DNA of 64,000 nt, from the NCBI RefSeq assembly GCF_009914755.1, contig NC_060930.1. One strand, given 5' to 3'. Source of the stretch: the human T2T-CHM13v2.0 reference genome, Homo sapiens. Below, piece by piece: positions 1 to 12,756 of this stretch (positions are counted from its first letter, which is position 1; each line of letters begins with the position of its first letter). The translations under genes and the position numbers were made by a program. Below the pieces are notes generated by a model. That model did not search any database, had not been told where the DNA came from, and worked only from the letters and a program-made list of their open reading frames with translations.

Positions 1-128
1 AATCTCATCCAAAAAAGCCCACTCCCACTATCAAAAATTATTCTCTTCTCTCTCTCTCAGCACTCAAGGCCTTTTTCCCCTTTTCTTTCCTCTTTTTAAA
101 TTGTTGTATAAAAGCATTTCTCACCTAA

Positions 129-433
129 TTTTTTTTTCTTTTTTTTTTTTTTTTGAGACAGTCTCGCTCTGTGGCCCAGGCTGGAGTGCAGTGGCACGAT
201 CTTGGCTCACTGCAAGCTCCGCCTCCCGGGTTCATGCCATTCTCTTGCCTCAGCCTCCTGAGTAGCTGACACTACAGGCGCCCACCACAAGGCCTGGCTA
301 GTTTTTTGTATTTTTAGTACAGATGGGGTTTCACCGTGTTAGCCAGGATGGTCTTGATCTCCTGACCTCGTGATCCTCCTGCCTCGGCCTCCCAAAGTGT
401 TGAGATTACAGGCATGAGCCACGACGCCTGGCC
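129..433 (-). mobile_element. Alu (AluY/Sc-like), full length
   Basis: Poly-T followed by GAGACAGTCTCGCTCTG...GCAAGCTCCGCCTCC...GCCTGGCC, the reverse complement of an Alu dimer. Confidence 0.95.
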
Positions 434-454
434 TAGCATTTTTTCTTACACATG

Positions 455-660
455 CCTCAGCCACTCATTTTGATTCTATGAAAGTCATTAGAATTATTCC
501 CTGAACACTGTGATTGAAAGTAAAACATGAAAATTTGAAGAAAGCATGTGCTCCACACAGACTGGAATTCTCTCAAAAGCAGAGAATTGTGGGAGAAAGA
601 GGGTTAGAGCGTCTTATTATATAGTAAACAATAGTGAATTGAGTTAAACTAAAGAAAGGT
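455..660 (+). pseudogene. Candidate decayed RNase A-family remnant (Z)
   Basis: THFDS (CAT 466), then about 13 codons to EHCD (TGT 509), then *RKHVLHTDWNSLKS; resembles H12-x13-C26 and the C40-xxHVFIHExW block. Confidence 0.35.
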
Positions 661-781
661 TTAGATGGAGTAAGAAGGCATATCATAGTATTGTTATTTT
701 ATTATTTTAATTTTTTAGAGATGGGGTCTTGCTATATTGCCCAGGCTAGAGAGTAGTAGCTATTCATAGGCAAGATTACAC

Positions 782-870
782 TGTCAGGCCTCTGAGCCCA
801 AGCCAAGCCATCACATCCCCTGTGACTAGCACGTATACATCCAGATGGCCTGAAGTAACTGAAGATCCAC
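782..870 (+). repeat. 5' LTR remnant (first 89 bp only)
   Basis: Matches 4829-4917 with 3 mismatches in 89 bp, then joins gag-region sequence directly. Confidence 0.95.
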
Positions 871-3800
871 CTCTTCAACTCACACCTGACCTAAAACCTA
901 AATGCTTTATTTTCTTCTGCAATGCCACTTGAGCCCAATACAAACTCGACAGTAGTTCCAAATAGCCAGAAAATGACACTTTGAATTTTTCCATCCTGCA
1001 AGATCTAAATAATTCTTGTCGTAACATAGGCAAACGGTCTGAGGTGCCTGACGTCCAGGCATTCTTTTACACATCAGTCCCTTCCTAGTCTCTGTGCCCA
1101 ATGCAACTCGTCCCAAATCTTCCTTCTTTCCCTCCCGCCTGTCCCCTCAGTCCCAACCCCAAGAGTCGTTGAGTCTTTCTAATCTTCCTTTTCTACAGAC
1201 CCATCTGACCTCTCCCCTCCTCGCCAGGCCGAGCTAGGTCCCAATTCTTCCTCAGCCTCCGCTCCTCCACCCTATAATCCTTTTATCACCTCCCCTCCTC
1301 ACACCTGGTCCAGTTTACAGTTTCATTCCATGACTAGCCCTCCCCCACCTGCCCAGCAATTTCCTCTTAAAAAGGTGGCTGGAGCTAAAGGCATAGTCAA
1401 GGTTAATGCTCCTTTTTCTTTATCCCAAATCAGAAGCGTTTAGGCTCTTTTTCATCAAATATAAAAACCCAGCCCAGTTCATGGCTCCTTTGGCAGCAAC
1501 CCTGAGACGCTTTACAGCCCTAGACCCTAAAAGGTCAAAAGGCCGTCTTATTCTCAAAATACATTTTATTACCCAATCTGCTCCCGACATTAAATAAAAC
1601 TCCAAAAATTGGAATCTGGCCCTCAAACCCCACAACAGGACTTAATTAACCTCACCTTCAAGGTGTACAATAACAGAAAAAAGTTGCAATTCCTTGCCTC
1701 CACTGTGAGACAAACCCCAGCCACAACCTCAGCACACAAGAACTTCCAAACGCCTGAACTGCAGCAGCCAGGTGTTCCTCCAGAACCTCCTCCCCCAGGA
1801 GCTTGCTACCCGTGCCGGAAATCTGGCCACCGGGCCAAGGAATGCCCGCAGCCCAGGATTCCTCCTAAGCCGCGTCCCATCTGTGTGGGACCCCACTGAA
1901 AATCGGACTGTTCAACTCACCTGGCAGCCACTCCCAGAGCCCCTGGAACTCTGGCCCAAGGCTCTCTGACTGACTCCTTCCCAGATCTTCTCGGCTTAGC
2001 GGCTGAAGACTGACACTGCCCGATCGCCTCGGAAGCCCCCTAGACCATCACGGACGCCGAGCTTCAGGTAACTCTCACAGTGGAAGGTAAGCCCGTCCCC
2101 TTCTTAATCAATACGGAGGCTACCCACTCCACATTACCTTCTTTTCAGGGGCCTGTTTCCTTTGCCTCCATAACTGTTGTGGGTATTGACGGCCAGGCTT
2201 CTAAACCTCTTAAAACTCCCCAACTCTGGTGCCAACTTAGACAATACTCTTTTAAGCACTCGTTTTTAGTTATCCCCACCTGCCCAGTTCCCTTATTAGG
2301 CTGAGACACTTTAACTAAATTATCTGCTTCCCCGACTATTCCTGGACTACAGCTATATCTCATTGCCACCCTTCTTCCCAATCCAAAGCCTCCTTTGCGT
2401 CCTCCTCTTGTATCCCCCCACCTTAACCCACAAGTATAAGATACCTCTACTCCCTCCTTGGCGACCAGTCATGCACCCCTTACCATCTCATTAAAACCTA
2501 ATCACCCTTACCCCACTCAATGTCAAGATCCCATCCCACAGCATGCTTTAAAAGGATTAAAGCCTGTTATCACTCGCCTGCTATAGCATGGCCTTTTAAA
2601 GCCTATAAACTCTCCTTACCATTCCCCCATTTTATCTGTCCTAAAACCAGACAAGGCTTACAAGTTAGTTCAGAATCTGTGCCTTATCAACCAAATTGTT
2701 TTGCCTATCCACCCCATGGTGCCAAACCCATATACTCTCCTATCCTCAATACCTCCCTCTACTACCCATTATTCTGTTCTGGATCTCAAACATGCTTTCT
2801 TTACTATTCCTTTGCGCCCTTCATCCCAGCCTCTCTTTGCTTTCACTTAGACTGACCCTGACATGCATTAGGCTCAGCAAATTACCTGGGCTGTACTGCC
2901 GCAAGGCTTCACAGACAGCCCCCATTACTTCAGTCAAGCCCAAATTTCATCCTCATCTGTTACCTATCTCAGCATAATTCTCATAAAAACACACGTGCTC
3001 TCCCTGCTGATCGTGTCCGATTAATCTCCCAAACCTCAATCCCTTACAAAACAACAACTCCTTTCCTTCCTAGGCATGGTTAGTGCGGTCAGAATTCTTA
3101 CACAAGAGCCAGGACCGCACCCTGTAACCTTTCTGTCCAAACAACTTGACCTTACTGTTTTAGCCTAGCCCTCATGTCTGCGTGCAGTGGCTGCCACTGC
3201 TTTAATACTTATAGAGGCCCTAAAAATCGCAAACTATGCTCAACTCACTCTCTACATTTCTCATAACTTCCAAAATCTATTTTCTTCCTCATACCTGACG
3301 CATATACTTTCTGCTCCCCGGCTCCTTCAGCTGTACTCACTCTTTGTTAAGTCCCATAATTACCATTGTTCCTGGCCCAGACTTCAATCTGGCCTCCCAC
3401 ATTATTCCTGATACCACACCTGACCCCCATGACTGTATCTCTCTGATCCACCTGATATTCACCCCGTTTCCCCATATTTTCTTCTTTCCTGTTCCTCACC
3501 CTGATCACGCTTGATTTATTGATGGCAGTTCCACCAGGCCTAATCTCCACACACCAGCAAAGAGGCAGGCTATGCTATAGTACAAGCCACTAGCCCGCCT
3601 CTCAGAACCTCTCATTTCCTTTCCATCGTGGAAATCTATCCTCAAGGAAATAACTTCTCAGTGTTCCATCTGCTATTCTACTACTCCTCAGGGATTATTC
3701 AGGCCCCCTCCTCCCTGCCCTACACATCAAGCTGGAGGATTTGCCCCAACCCAGGACTGGCAAATTAGCTTTACTCAACATGCCCTGAGTCAGGAAACTA

Positions 3801-4828
3801 AAATACCTCTTAAGTCTAAATAGACACTTTCACTGAATAAGTAAAGGCCTTTCCTACAGGGTCTGAGAAGGCCACCACAGTCATTTCTTCCCTTCTGTCA
3901 GACATAATTCCTCAGTTTAGCCTTCCCACCTCTATACAGTCTGATAACAGACCAGCCTTTATTAGTCAAATCAGCCAAGCAGTTTTTCAGGCTCTTAGTA
4001 TTCAGTGAAACCTTTATATCCCTTACGGTCCTCCGTCTTCAAGAAAAGTAGAATGGACTAAAGGTCTTTTAAAAACACACCACACCAAGCTCAGCCACCA
4101 ACTTAAAAAGGACTGGACAATACTTTTACCACTTTCGCTTCTCAGAATTCAGGCCTGTCCTCGGACTGCTACAAGGTACAGCCCATTTGAGTTCCTTTTT
4201 ATTAGGCCCCAGTCTCATTCCAGACACCGGACCAACTTAGACTGTGCCCCGAAAAAACTTGTCATCCCTACTATTTTCTGTCTAGTCATACTCTTATTCT
4301 CCGTTCTCAACTACTCATACATGCCCTGCTCTTGTTTACACTGCCGGTTTACACTCTTTCTCCAAGCCAACACAGCTGATATCTCCTCTTGCTATCCCCA
4401 AACTGCCACTCTTAACTCTTGAAGTAAATAAATAATCTTTGCTGGCAGGTCTATACTGAATCTCCTTAGGCACTTTCTAATCAGATGTCCTAGGTCCTCC
4501 CAATTCTTAGACCTTTTACACCTGTTTTTCTCCTTCTCTTATTCCATTTAGTTTTTCAATTCATACAAAACCGTATCCAGGCCATCACCAATAATTCTAC
4601 ACAACAAATGTTTCTTCTAACAACCCCACAATATCACCCCTTACCGCAAAATCTTCCTTCAGCTTAATCTCTCCCACTCTAGGTTCCCACGCCGCCCCTA
4701 ATCCCGCTTGAAGCAGCCCTGAGAAGCATCGCTCATTCTCTCTCCATACCACCCCCAAAAATTTTCGCCGCCCCAAGACTTCAACACTATTTTGTTTTAT
4801 TTTTCTTATTAATATAAGAAGGTAGGAA

Positions 4829-5259
4829 TGTCAGGCCTCTGAGCTCAAGCCAAGCCATCTCATCCCCTGTGACTTGCACGTATACATCCAGATGGCCTGA
4901 AGTAACTGAAGATCCACAAAAGAAGTAAAAATAGCCTTAACTGATGACATTCCACCATTGTGATTTGTTCCTGTCCCGCCCTAACTGATCAATGTACTTT
5001 GTAATCTCCCCCACCCTTAAGAAGGTTCTTTGTAATTCTCCCCATCCTTGAGAATGTACTTTGTGAGATCCACCCCTGCCCGCAAAACATTGCTCTTAAC
5101 TTCACCGCCTATCCCAAAACCTGTAAGAACTAATGATAATCCACCACCCTTTGCTGACTCTCTTTTTGAACTCAGCCCGCCTGCACCCAGGTGAAATAAA
5201 CAGCCATGTTGCTCACACAAAGCCTGTTTGGTGGTCTCTTCACATGGACGCGCATGAAA
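4829..5259 (+). repeat. Complete 3' LTR, LTR7Y/LTR7B type
   Basis: TGTCAGGCC...GCGCATGAAA; type II repeats TTTGTAATCTCCCCCACCCTT; AATAAA at 5195-5200; TATA position reads CCTGTAAG. Confidence 0.93.
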
Positions 5260-5689
5260 CATACTGCACTACAGCCTCAAACTACTGGGCTCAAACAATC
5301 TCCCTGCCTCTGCCTCCCAAGTACTCTTGAACCTGGTGCCATCCCTATTGGAAAGGCTGAAGCAGGAAGAATGAGCCCAGTAGAGCATGCTACAGGTGCA
5401 TGCCACCATGCCTGGCTTTGGTGGTGTTTTTTTAATGTATCTAAGCACACTTCTCCAAATATAAATCCCTGTTACATTAAAAAAGCAGAACCTTAGATCT
5501 AATGAAAACTAAAAGAAAGCTTGATTAATCTTCAGGAGAATAAATTATATCTTGCATATTATTCAGCCTCAAATATTTATCTTGGTTCTCTGTAGGCAGT
5601 GGTTCTTAATCATTTTTATCCCAAGGATTCTCTGGTAATTCAATGCAAAACAATAAGAACCTAGAGTCATCACTAGATAAGCAGAAACT

Positions 5690-6010
5690 GAGGAAGGAGT
5701 AAATGATCCAAAGAAATAAAGATGCATTTTGCCTTGTCACAGGAATTGCAAGGGGAGACATTCCCAATGCTGGAGGGTCTTCAAAAGTCCCACAGAAGCA
5801 CTCCATGAGATAAAGAAAGAGTCTGTTTTAAACACCTTCCAAGTTTAGTAAAAGCTGACGTTCGCTTGCCATCGCAGCATAAGTCAAGCAAGAATTCTTC
5901 CCCTCCCCTTGCCTCCCTTTGTATCCACATGCTCCAATTCAGGATGAGTCTGGAACCTAACTGTCAAAATCTCATAAGTAAGTGCAAGGAAAAATAAGTC
6001 AACTTCAGCT
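5690..6010 (+). pseudogene. Candidate decayed RNase A-family remnant (Y)
   Basis: DAFCLV near 5721; FVSTC (5930), about 10 codons, then PNCQ (TGT 5962), like the C84-x10-C95 segment ending in PNC. Confidence 0.35.
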
Positions 6011-6572
6011 ATAAACTTAGCTTTAAAAGTCCTGAAAGTATAAGAAAAATAATATGGTCAATTACAGTATATTTCAGAAATGCAAAAATGATTCAACCTC
6101 AAAAAATTTAACAATGTGATATTACGCAACAGTGTTCAAAAGTGGAGAAATTAATATCTTCTTATTAGGAGTCTAAATGCATTTAATAAAAGCTAACACC
6201 TATTTACAAATAAAAGCTTTTAGAAAACTAGAAATATAAGGTAGTTTCTTTAACTTGATATACTCTATCAAATCCCTATAGGAAAGATTCTATTTAATGG
6301 GAAAACTAGAGAAGGTTGGAAACAAGAAAAGAATCTCTCCCCTACAATTCACCTTAGAAGAGGAGATATTGACCAATGCAGTAAGATGAGAGGAAAAAGA
6401 TAGGTAAAAATTGTAGGAAACAAGATCAAATTATATGCTGTTATTTATATCACAAACACAAGAAAATCAAAAGAGATTAGAATCAGGTTAGAATCAGAGT
6501 CAGACAGATATTTGCTTTGTGTGTATCAATTTCCAAAAGCCGTATGTTCCTCTAGGTATTTTCATGAGTAAT

Positions 6573-6988
6573 TGTGATGGTTAGTTTTATGTTATCAATT
6601 TGGCTAAGCTGTAGTGCTCAATTATTTGAATGAAACACTAATCCAGTTGTTGCTGTGAATATATTCTATAGATGCGGTTAACATCTTCCATCAGTTGACT
6701 TCAAGTAAAGATTACCCTTGGTAATGTGAATGTGCCTCATCTTATTATTTGAACACCTTACGAGAAAGTACAAGTTTTCCACAAAGGAACCTTTCCACAA
6801 GACTGCAGTATTAACTCCCGCCTTCGTTTCCAGCCTGCAGGCCCGCCCTACAGATCCCGAACTTACTAGCCCCCACAATTAGGTAAGCTAATCCCTTAAA
6901 ATATATATAGATATGAGATAGAGAGAGAGACAGAGTGTGAGAGAGAGATATCCTATCAATTATGTTTCTCTGGAGAATTTTTAATACA
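6573..6988 (+). mobile_element. MLT2 (ERVL) solo LTR, MLT2D-like
   Basis: TGTGATGGTTAGTTTTATG start; TTTCTCTGGAGAA...TAATACA end. Confidence 0.85.
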
Positions 6989-7320
6989 ATGAGTAAAATA
7001 GGAAAATGAGATATATTTTGCAATGGTGTGAAAATCTGTATCTTATCGAGAAACAAAGCTATATAAAAATTAGTAAGACCAATACAGATAAAAATTTAAG
7101 CTTTATTAAAAGACATAAAATAAGTGAGATGACATGATTATGGATGGGATTTTTTAATATCCAATGCAATTGCAACTTTAATCTCAGGCAGATTTTAGTA
7201 GAATGTGAGAAACATGTCCCAAAATAAATGTGGAAGAATAAAGATTAACAAACAGCTAAGGAAATTATTGAAATAATTTTTGAAAAAGGAGAATCCACCT
7301 GCTGGATATAAGCACGTGTT

Positions 7321-8417
7321 ATTTTTTTCCTTCAACTTTTATTTTAAGTTCCAGGATACATGTGCAGGATGTACAGGTGTGTTGTATAGGTAAACGTGTG
7401 CCATGGTGGTTTGCTGCACAGATCAACCCATCACTTAGGTAGTAAGCCCAGCATCCCTTAGCTATTCTTCCTGATGTTCTCCCTCCTCCCTCTACCACCC
7501 CTCAAAAGGCCCCATTGTGTGTTGTTCCCCCTCAGGGGTCCATGTGTTTTCATCATTCAGCTCCCACTTATAAGTGAGAATACACAGTGTTTGGTTTTCT
7601 GTTCCTGCATTAGTTTGCTGAGGATAACGGCTTCCAGCTACATCCATGTCCCTGCAAAGGACATGATCTAGTACTTTTTTATGGCTGCATAGTATTCCAT
7701 GGTGTCATATGCTACATTTTTTTATCCAGTCTATCATTGATGGGCATTTGGGTTGATTCCATGTCTTTGCTATTGTGAATAGTGCTGCAATAAACATATG
7801 TGTGCATGTGTCTTTATAACAGAATGATTTATATTGCTTTGGGTTTATACCTAGTAATAGGATTGCTGGGTCAAATGGTATTTCCACCTCTAGATCTTTG
7901 AGGAATTACCACACTATCTTCCACAATGGTTAAACTAATTTACACTCCCACCAACAGGGTGAAAGTATTCCTTTTTCTCTGCAACCTTGCCACCATCTGT
8001 TGTTTTTTCACTGTTTAATAATGGCCATTCTGACTGGCGTGAGATGGAATCTCATTGTGGTTTTGATTTGCATTTCTCTAATGATCAGTCATGTTGAGCT
8101 ATTTTTCATATGTCTGTTGGCTGCATGTATGTATTATTTTGAAAAGTGTTCATATCCTTTGGCCACTTTTTAATGGGGTTGTTTGTTTTTTTCTTGTAAA
8201 TTTGTTGAAGTTCCTTGTAGACTCTGGATATTAGACCTTTATCAGATGGATAGATCACAAAAATTTGCTTTCATTCTGTAGGTTGTCTGTTCACTCTGGT
8301 GATAGTTTCTTTTGCTGTGCAGAAGCTCTTTAGTTTAATTAGATCCCATTTATCAATTCTTTCTTTTGTTGCAATTGCTTTTGGCATTTTTGTCATGAAA
8401 TCTTTGCCCGTGCCTAT
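7321..8417 (-). mobile_element. 5'-truncated L1PA (about PA10-13) with TSD
   Basis: Reverse complement of L1 3' UTR; TSD ATATAAGCACGT(G/A)TT at 7306-7320 and 8416-8430. Confidence 0.93.
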
Positions 8418-9092
8418 ATAAGCACGTATTTTAAATCCATTGATATCAAATCAGTGCAGTGCAATTCATGCACAGGAAGTGACACATGGATCAATGAAAT
8501 GAAGTATTTCCCTAGTCACATGTAAGTGACAAAACTTTAAGACATTGCAAATGACAGAAGACAGAGCAGATTGTATAATAAATAATGTTGGGAAAAATGG
8601 CTTGTTACAAGAAGAGAACAAGTAGATTTCCTACCACACAATACATGCAACTGTAAAAGTGTTAAATCTAAATGTTAAAGGGCATGTTGTAAAACACTTT
8701 AAAGATTTCAGAGAGTTGTTTCATAAATTTGAGTTGCGAAATAATTTCTTAAGACTCCAAAAGACCAATTTGCTTTTAAATTTATAAATAGTATAATTTA
8801 ATTACACAAAGTAAGCCATTTATTTTTTACAAACAACTTAACCCTAAAAATATCAAGTTGATAGAATTGTATATAATTCCTCTCTAAAAGTAGATTAAAT
8901 AACTCCATTTTTGAAATGGAGAATTGAAATGATTCTCAAAACCCATGAATGAGCTGAGATTTATAACTTAAGGAGCAGTGCTTTGTGCACAGATTTTCTA
9001 AATCTTACTTAATCACTTCTCCAACTGAAACTACTCTTGTCAGTTACTCACAAATAATTCTTCCTACCCCTTTGTCAGGACAAGTTCTAGGC

Positions 9093-9570
9093 ATGGTGGT
9101 AGAGTTTACATATTTTGTCTTAAGGTTCCTCAACAATTTTCTAAATCCTCTCAGATCTGATTTTTCAATTCATCTCTGTCGACACAGGAGTCTGCTAGGG
9201 AAATGCTCACAGGTACTGTACATTCCCTGGAGAGGTAGCATAAAAATACTAAGACATACGATCAAAAGACCTAGGTTCCACATCTATCCCTCCCACTACC
9301 AGCTCTGTGACCTTAGGAAAGTATATTGTCACTTTTTGTCAAGTATACATATGGCTAAAACTAGGGGGACAATGAGCTTGCAAGGCCCTTCATAGTTCTA
9401 ACAACTATAATTCTGCCATTACCAATGACGCTAATGTGAGATTATAAATCATGGTAGACCAAAGTGAAAGATATCTGGGAATAGGCCCCATGGACTCTGA
9501 CACTGCAAATACAGCGTCAATTACCTAGTACTTTTATGACAACAACTGACCCTATCCTCAATATGGTAAG
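9093..9570 (+). pseudogene. Decayed RNase A-family remnant (A), interrupted by a MIR
   Basis: Pyrimidine tract and AG (9077-78), ATG 9093; RFLNNFLNPLRSDFSIHLC-RHRSLLGK-C; after the MIR, same frame *KISGNRPHGL*HCKYSVNYLVLL*. Confidence 0.5.
9230..9415 (+). mobile_element. MIR
   Basis: GACCTAGGTTC...CCACTACCAGCTCTGTGACCTTAGGAAAGT core. Confidence 0.75.
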
Positions 9571-9728
9571 AAAAATTTCTGTTTTCTGGGTTCTTTAGTT
9601 GTTGACAACAGAAAAACAAAATTGGCTAAATTAAGCAAGAAAATTTTTTTAAAAAATTATTCGAAGCAAATGTGATGAGTCATGAAATTGAAAAACAGAG
9701 CCGGTAAACTAAGTTTCTTAAAGAACAG

Positions 9729-10077
9729 TGTGATAATTAATTTTATGTGTCATCTTGACTGTACCACAGGGTGCCCAGATATTTGGTTAAACATTATTCT
9801 GGGTGTGTCTGTGAGGGTGTTTCTGAGCTGGGGCATCAGTCTTCCCCTGTCTTTGGATGCAGACTTGCACTGGAACTTACACCATCAGCTCTCTTGGGTA
9901 TCCAGATTGCTGAATGCAAATCTTGGGACTTCTCAGCCTCCATAATCCAATTCCTTATAATACATATTGGTACATATATTTATATAATATATACAGAGGC
10001 TGAAAAACTAATGTACATATATATATATATATATCTCCTATCCATTTGTTTTTCTGGAGTCCCTGACTATATATACA
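9729..10077 (+). mobile_element. MLT2 LTR (internally deleted) nested in an older MLT1-like LTR spanning about 9580-10380
   Basis: TGTGATAATTAATTTTATGTGTCA...GGGTGCCCAGATATTTGGTTAAACATTATTCTGGG. Confidence 0.8.
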
Positions 10078-10840
10078 GAAACTCAAAAATCCCTTGGGAT
10101 GATGAGAAAAAAGACAGAGAGCATCCCCACATCACCGTGGAGGTACTTCTTTACCAACTACTTCCTCTCTTCATTTCATCTGTGAGAGCTATTTTGCCTT
10201 AGTTGGATTATAAACTTATCATCTCTTGGCCAAGGGAAGTCAAAGCATCTTGGTTGAAATCATGGACAAGGCTGACTGCAATAGAAGAGAGAGATCTTTT
10301 TCTCAAAGAGAATCAAGATAGCTACCACACAAAGGAGAAATTAATCTTGGATAAGCAAGAACAACAGCTCTCACAACAATTACTCACGGAAATCTCTGAC
10401 ATTGTCATAATTGTCATTTTCTGAGCCTTTGCTCACATTGGAAGCTCTCCGCTGTCAGGCCTAATAGAATCAGAGAAATTATCGATACTCTGCAGCTCAT
10501 CTTCCTCTGAAATGGTAGTTTACTTGCTTGGACTTGTTGGGGACCCTCTGCTGTTTTTATTCCCCCCATTCCTTTACTCAAATCTCTTCAAACAATCAAA
10601 AAAGAAAAAAAAACTAAGAATATGTATTTACGTTTTTTCTCAATGTCTCAAAAGAATTTTAATGTCTTTAAAAAGCATGTTTTTCTCCAGGCACAGTCAG
10701 TCTTGGTAATTTACTATCCATACTTTCATAGGGATAGAGTAAGATGTGCAAAACCAAATGAGGTAGAGTTCATTTTGAAAATAGAGAAAGATATTATAGT
10801 CTAGAAAATCACTGACAGAACTACTTCTGCTCCATTATGA

Positions 10841-11285
10841 CCAAACTCTTTTTTAGAATTAAGAATCCATCATGCTGGCAAGAAATGTGCTTGGAAGGAT
10901 GCAGAGTTATTCTGCGATCTCAATGAGAAAAGATGTAGAGGTGGCAAAAGAAAATTTTGCAAACTTCCTAAATGTGTCTACACTCAAGTTACTACTTTCC
11001 TTCAGCAACCTGGATTTGATTATAAGGATGACTGAATAGTATAAAATAGGTTTGTTTTAGTCTCATGGTTTCTTGGGGATTTAATTCCTATTTGATTTTG
11101 ATTACCTTTTTACAAAATGGGACAAAATGTGGCCACTGGATATTGAATGTTTCAGCAGATGCTATCTGGTCTTACCCAGTGGTAAACTGCACGACCATCT
11201 GACCTCCCTGAAGTTGCAGCCAAATACAGCACTGAGAATGTATGTGTCCTTTGTGAATATTGCACTTCTTGTTTACTTTGAAGAA
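10841..11285 (+). pseudogene. Decayed RNase A-family remnant (B)
   Basis: LRIHH(10871)-x13-C(10913); FCK(10958); VTTFLQQP-x7-TGA at the C58 position; NGTKCGHW; YPVVNC(11188)..PP*SC(11215); VYFE(11271) at the VHFD position; three frames. Confidence 0.65.
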
Positions 11286-11607
11286 GTCCTTTTCCCTGAC
11301 ACTCTAGAAATAAGGAGAAGCCTAGCCCTGGAGAAGAGCTTTACTGATGCCCACTACCACAGAACTGCCTGTGCCCATGGAGACACACCTGCAGCGATAG
11401 AATCCTCTTCCTATTTTTGCCCCAGTCTGTGTAGTTATTTGCAATGGAGACAAGCAAAGAGAAATTGGAAGAAATATCTGACTTAAACAGAGCATTTGAA
11501 ATGCAGGGGTTTCATGTGTTAATATAGACAAAGATTCCATCTGGAGTTGAAATCTGGTCTGATTTTAAAAATATGTAATAATATGTGAATAAACCATCTT
11601 AAAAATA

Positions 11608-11874
<267 letters not shown>

Positions 11875-12169
11875 TTACTAAGCCTGTGACCTCAGCTATG
11901 TCATTTAATTTCTCTTAGTCTGGTCTTATTTATCTGTTTAGTAGTATCTGCCTCACCCAACTCAGAGGACAATTTGAAATAATGGACGTGAAAACACAAT
12001 GTAAATCCAAAGTGAAGTGAAATGGAATTATTTCTGGGAAACAGTCTGATGTAATTCAAATAAAATAGGCATTGCAGTTAGGATATCTTGGTCCAACTGA
12101 AGATTCTTAATAGCAAGGTATATATTTTGGCATTTTCAATTACAGGAACATGAACTAGCAATAAATAGT

Positions 12170-12320
12170 AGAAAAATCATTAGCTCAGGTTTGTAGTCAG
12201 ACAGACATAGGTTCAAGTACAGACTCTGCCACTTAATAATTTTTGTTGTCACACAGCACCTTCCCCTGTCTAATACTCAATTTTCCCTCTTGCAAAATGA
12301 GAAAAATATTCTCTACCACG
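12170..12320 (+). mobile_element. MIR (a second MIR fragment lies at about 11870-12020)
   Basis: AGTCAGACAGACATAGGTTCAAGT..CTCTGCCACTTA. Confidence 0.65.
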
Positions 12321-12333
12321 ACCAAAATTAAAC

Positions 12334-12753
12334 TGGCAATATACCCATAAAAGGAAAGAGAAAGATCAAATGAAAAAAGTTAAGGCAGCCTCAGATGCAA
12401 GAGGAGCTGAAGAAATGTAAAAGGTGGTGATAAACTACACCAAAAGAAGAACAGCTGCAGATTCTAAAAACCAAAAAGTAATCAGGTATTTTAAATGAAA
12501 ATGAGAATTTTGCTTAGCATTAATGGGGAAAAAGGCCTCCCAGTTAAAAAGGCTAGAGAAAGGCAACTTTAGTAATCTAAACCAGCTAAAAACTAGTGAG
12601 ATTTTGCAGGGGCAACAAAAGAGGTCAGGGTATTTCATCACCTACTCAGAATTACGCATTAAAAAATATGTGGATAGGATATTCTTCGGCCTAAGCAACT
12701 AAAAAGATGGGTGTGTAAATATGTCAAAGCTGTATGGTCATGGAAACATATGT
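12334..12753 (+). pseudogene. RNase9-like remnant (F), N-terminal part, cut by L1
   Basis: One frame with 4 stops: KRR...EFCLALMGKK (12511)...YFITYSEL..(KIC by frameshift)...KDGCVNMSKLYGHGNIC (12751); compare RNase9 EYCNHEIMGKN, YFLLMQYDELQKIC, CNRSKGLVEGVYC. Confidence 0.6.
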
Positions 12754-12756
12754 CTT

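Larger units (their letters stand above)
782..5259 (+). mobile_element. HERV-H provirus, defective (5' LTR truncated; gag/pro/pol disrupted; env largely deleted)
   Basis: LTR7-type ends; Gag zinc knuckle CYPCRKSGHRAKEC (about 1805-1845); protease FLINTEATHS; RT fragments LDLKHAFFTIPL and WAVLPQGFTDSP; polypurine tract AAGAAGGTAGGAA before the 3' LTR. Confidence 0.97.
711..5417 (-). mobile_element. FAM (fossil Alu monomer) split by the HERV-H insertion; pieces at about 711-781 and 5260-5417
   Basis: GCTATTCATAGGCAAGAT on the left continues as ...GCACTACAGCCTCAAACTACTGGGCTCAA on the right of the provirus. Confidence 0.8.
6020..8900 (+). mobile_element. Old L1M (ORF2-derived) fragments interrupted by MLT2 and L1PA
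   Basis: Degenerate A-rich L1 ORF2-like sequence at about 6020-6560, 7000-7310 and 8430-8800. Confidence 0.6.

Noticed and set aside
1609-4300. Functional HERV-H Gag/Pol
   Set aside because: Multiple stops, frameshifts and deletions; the protease DTG and RT YxDD motifs are not intact.
6564-6996. 8-bp repeat ATGAGTAA flanking the MLT2 LTR as an unusually long TSD
   Set aside because: Offset by one base from the LTR edge and AT-rich, so it could be chance.
10886-10963. C-type lectin-like WKDAELFC motif
   Set aside because: No other lectin-domain motifs at the right spacing.
11213-11281. Guanylin-like cysteine peptide exon (VAAKYSTENVCVLCEYCTSCLL* and its inverted copy)
   Set aside because: Cysteine spacing differs from guanylins, only 5-6 of 14 differences between the copies are synonymous, and the upstream context fits an RNase remnant better.
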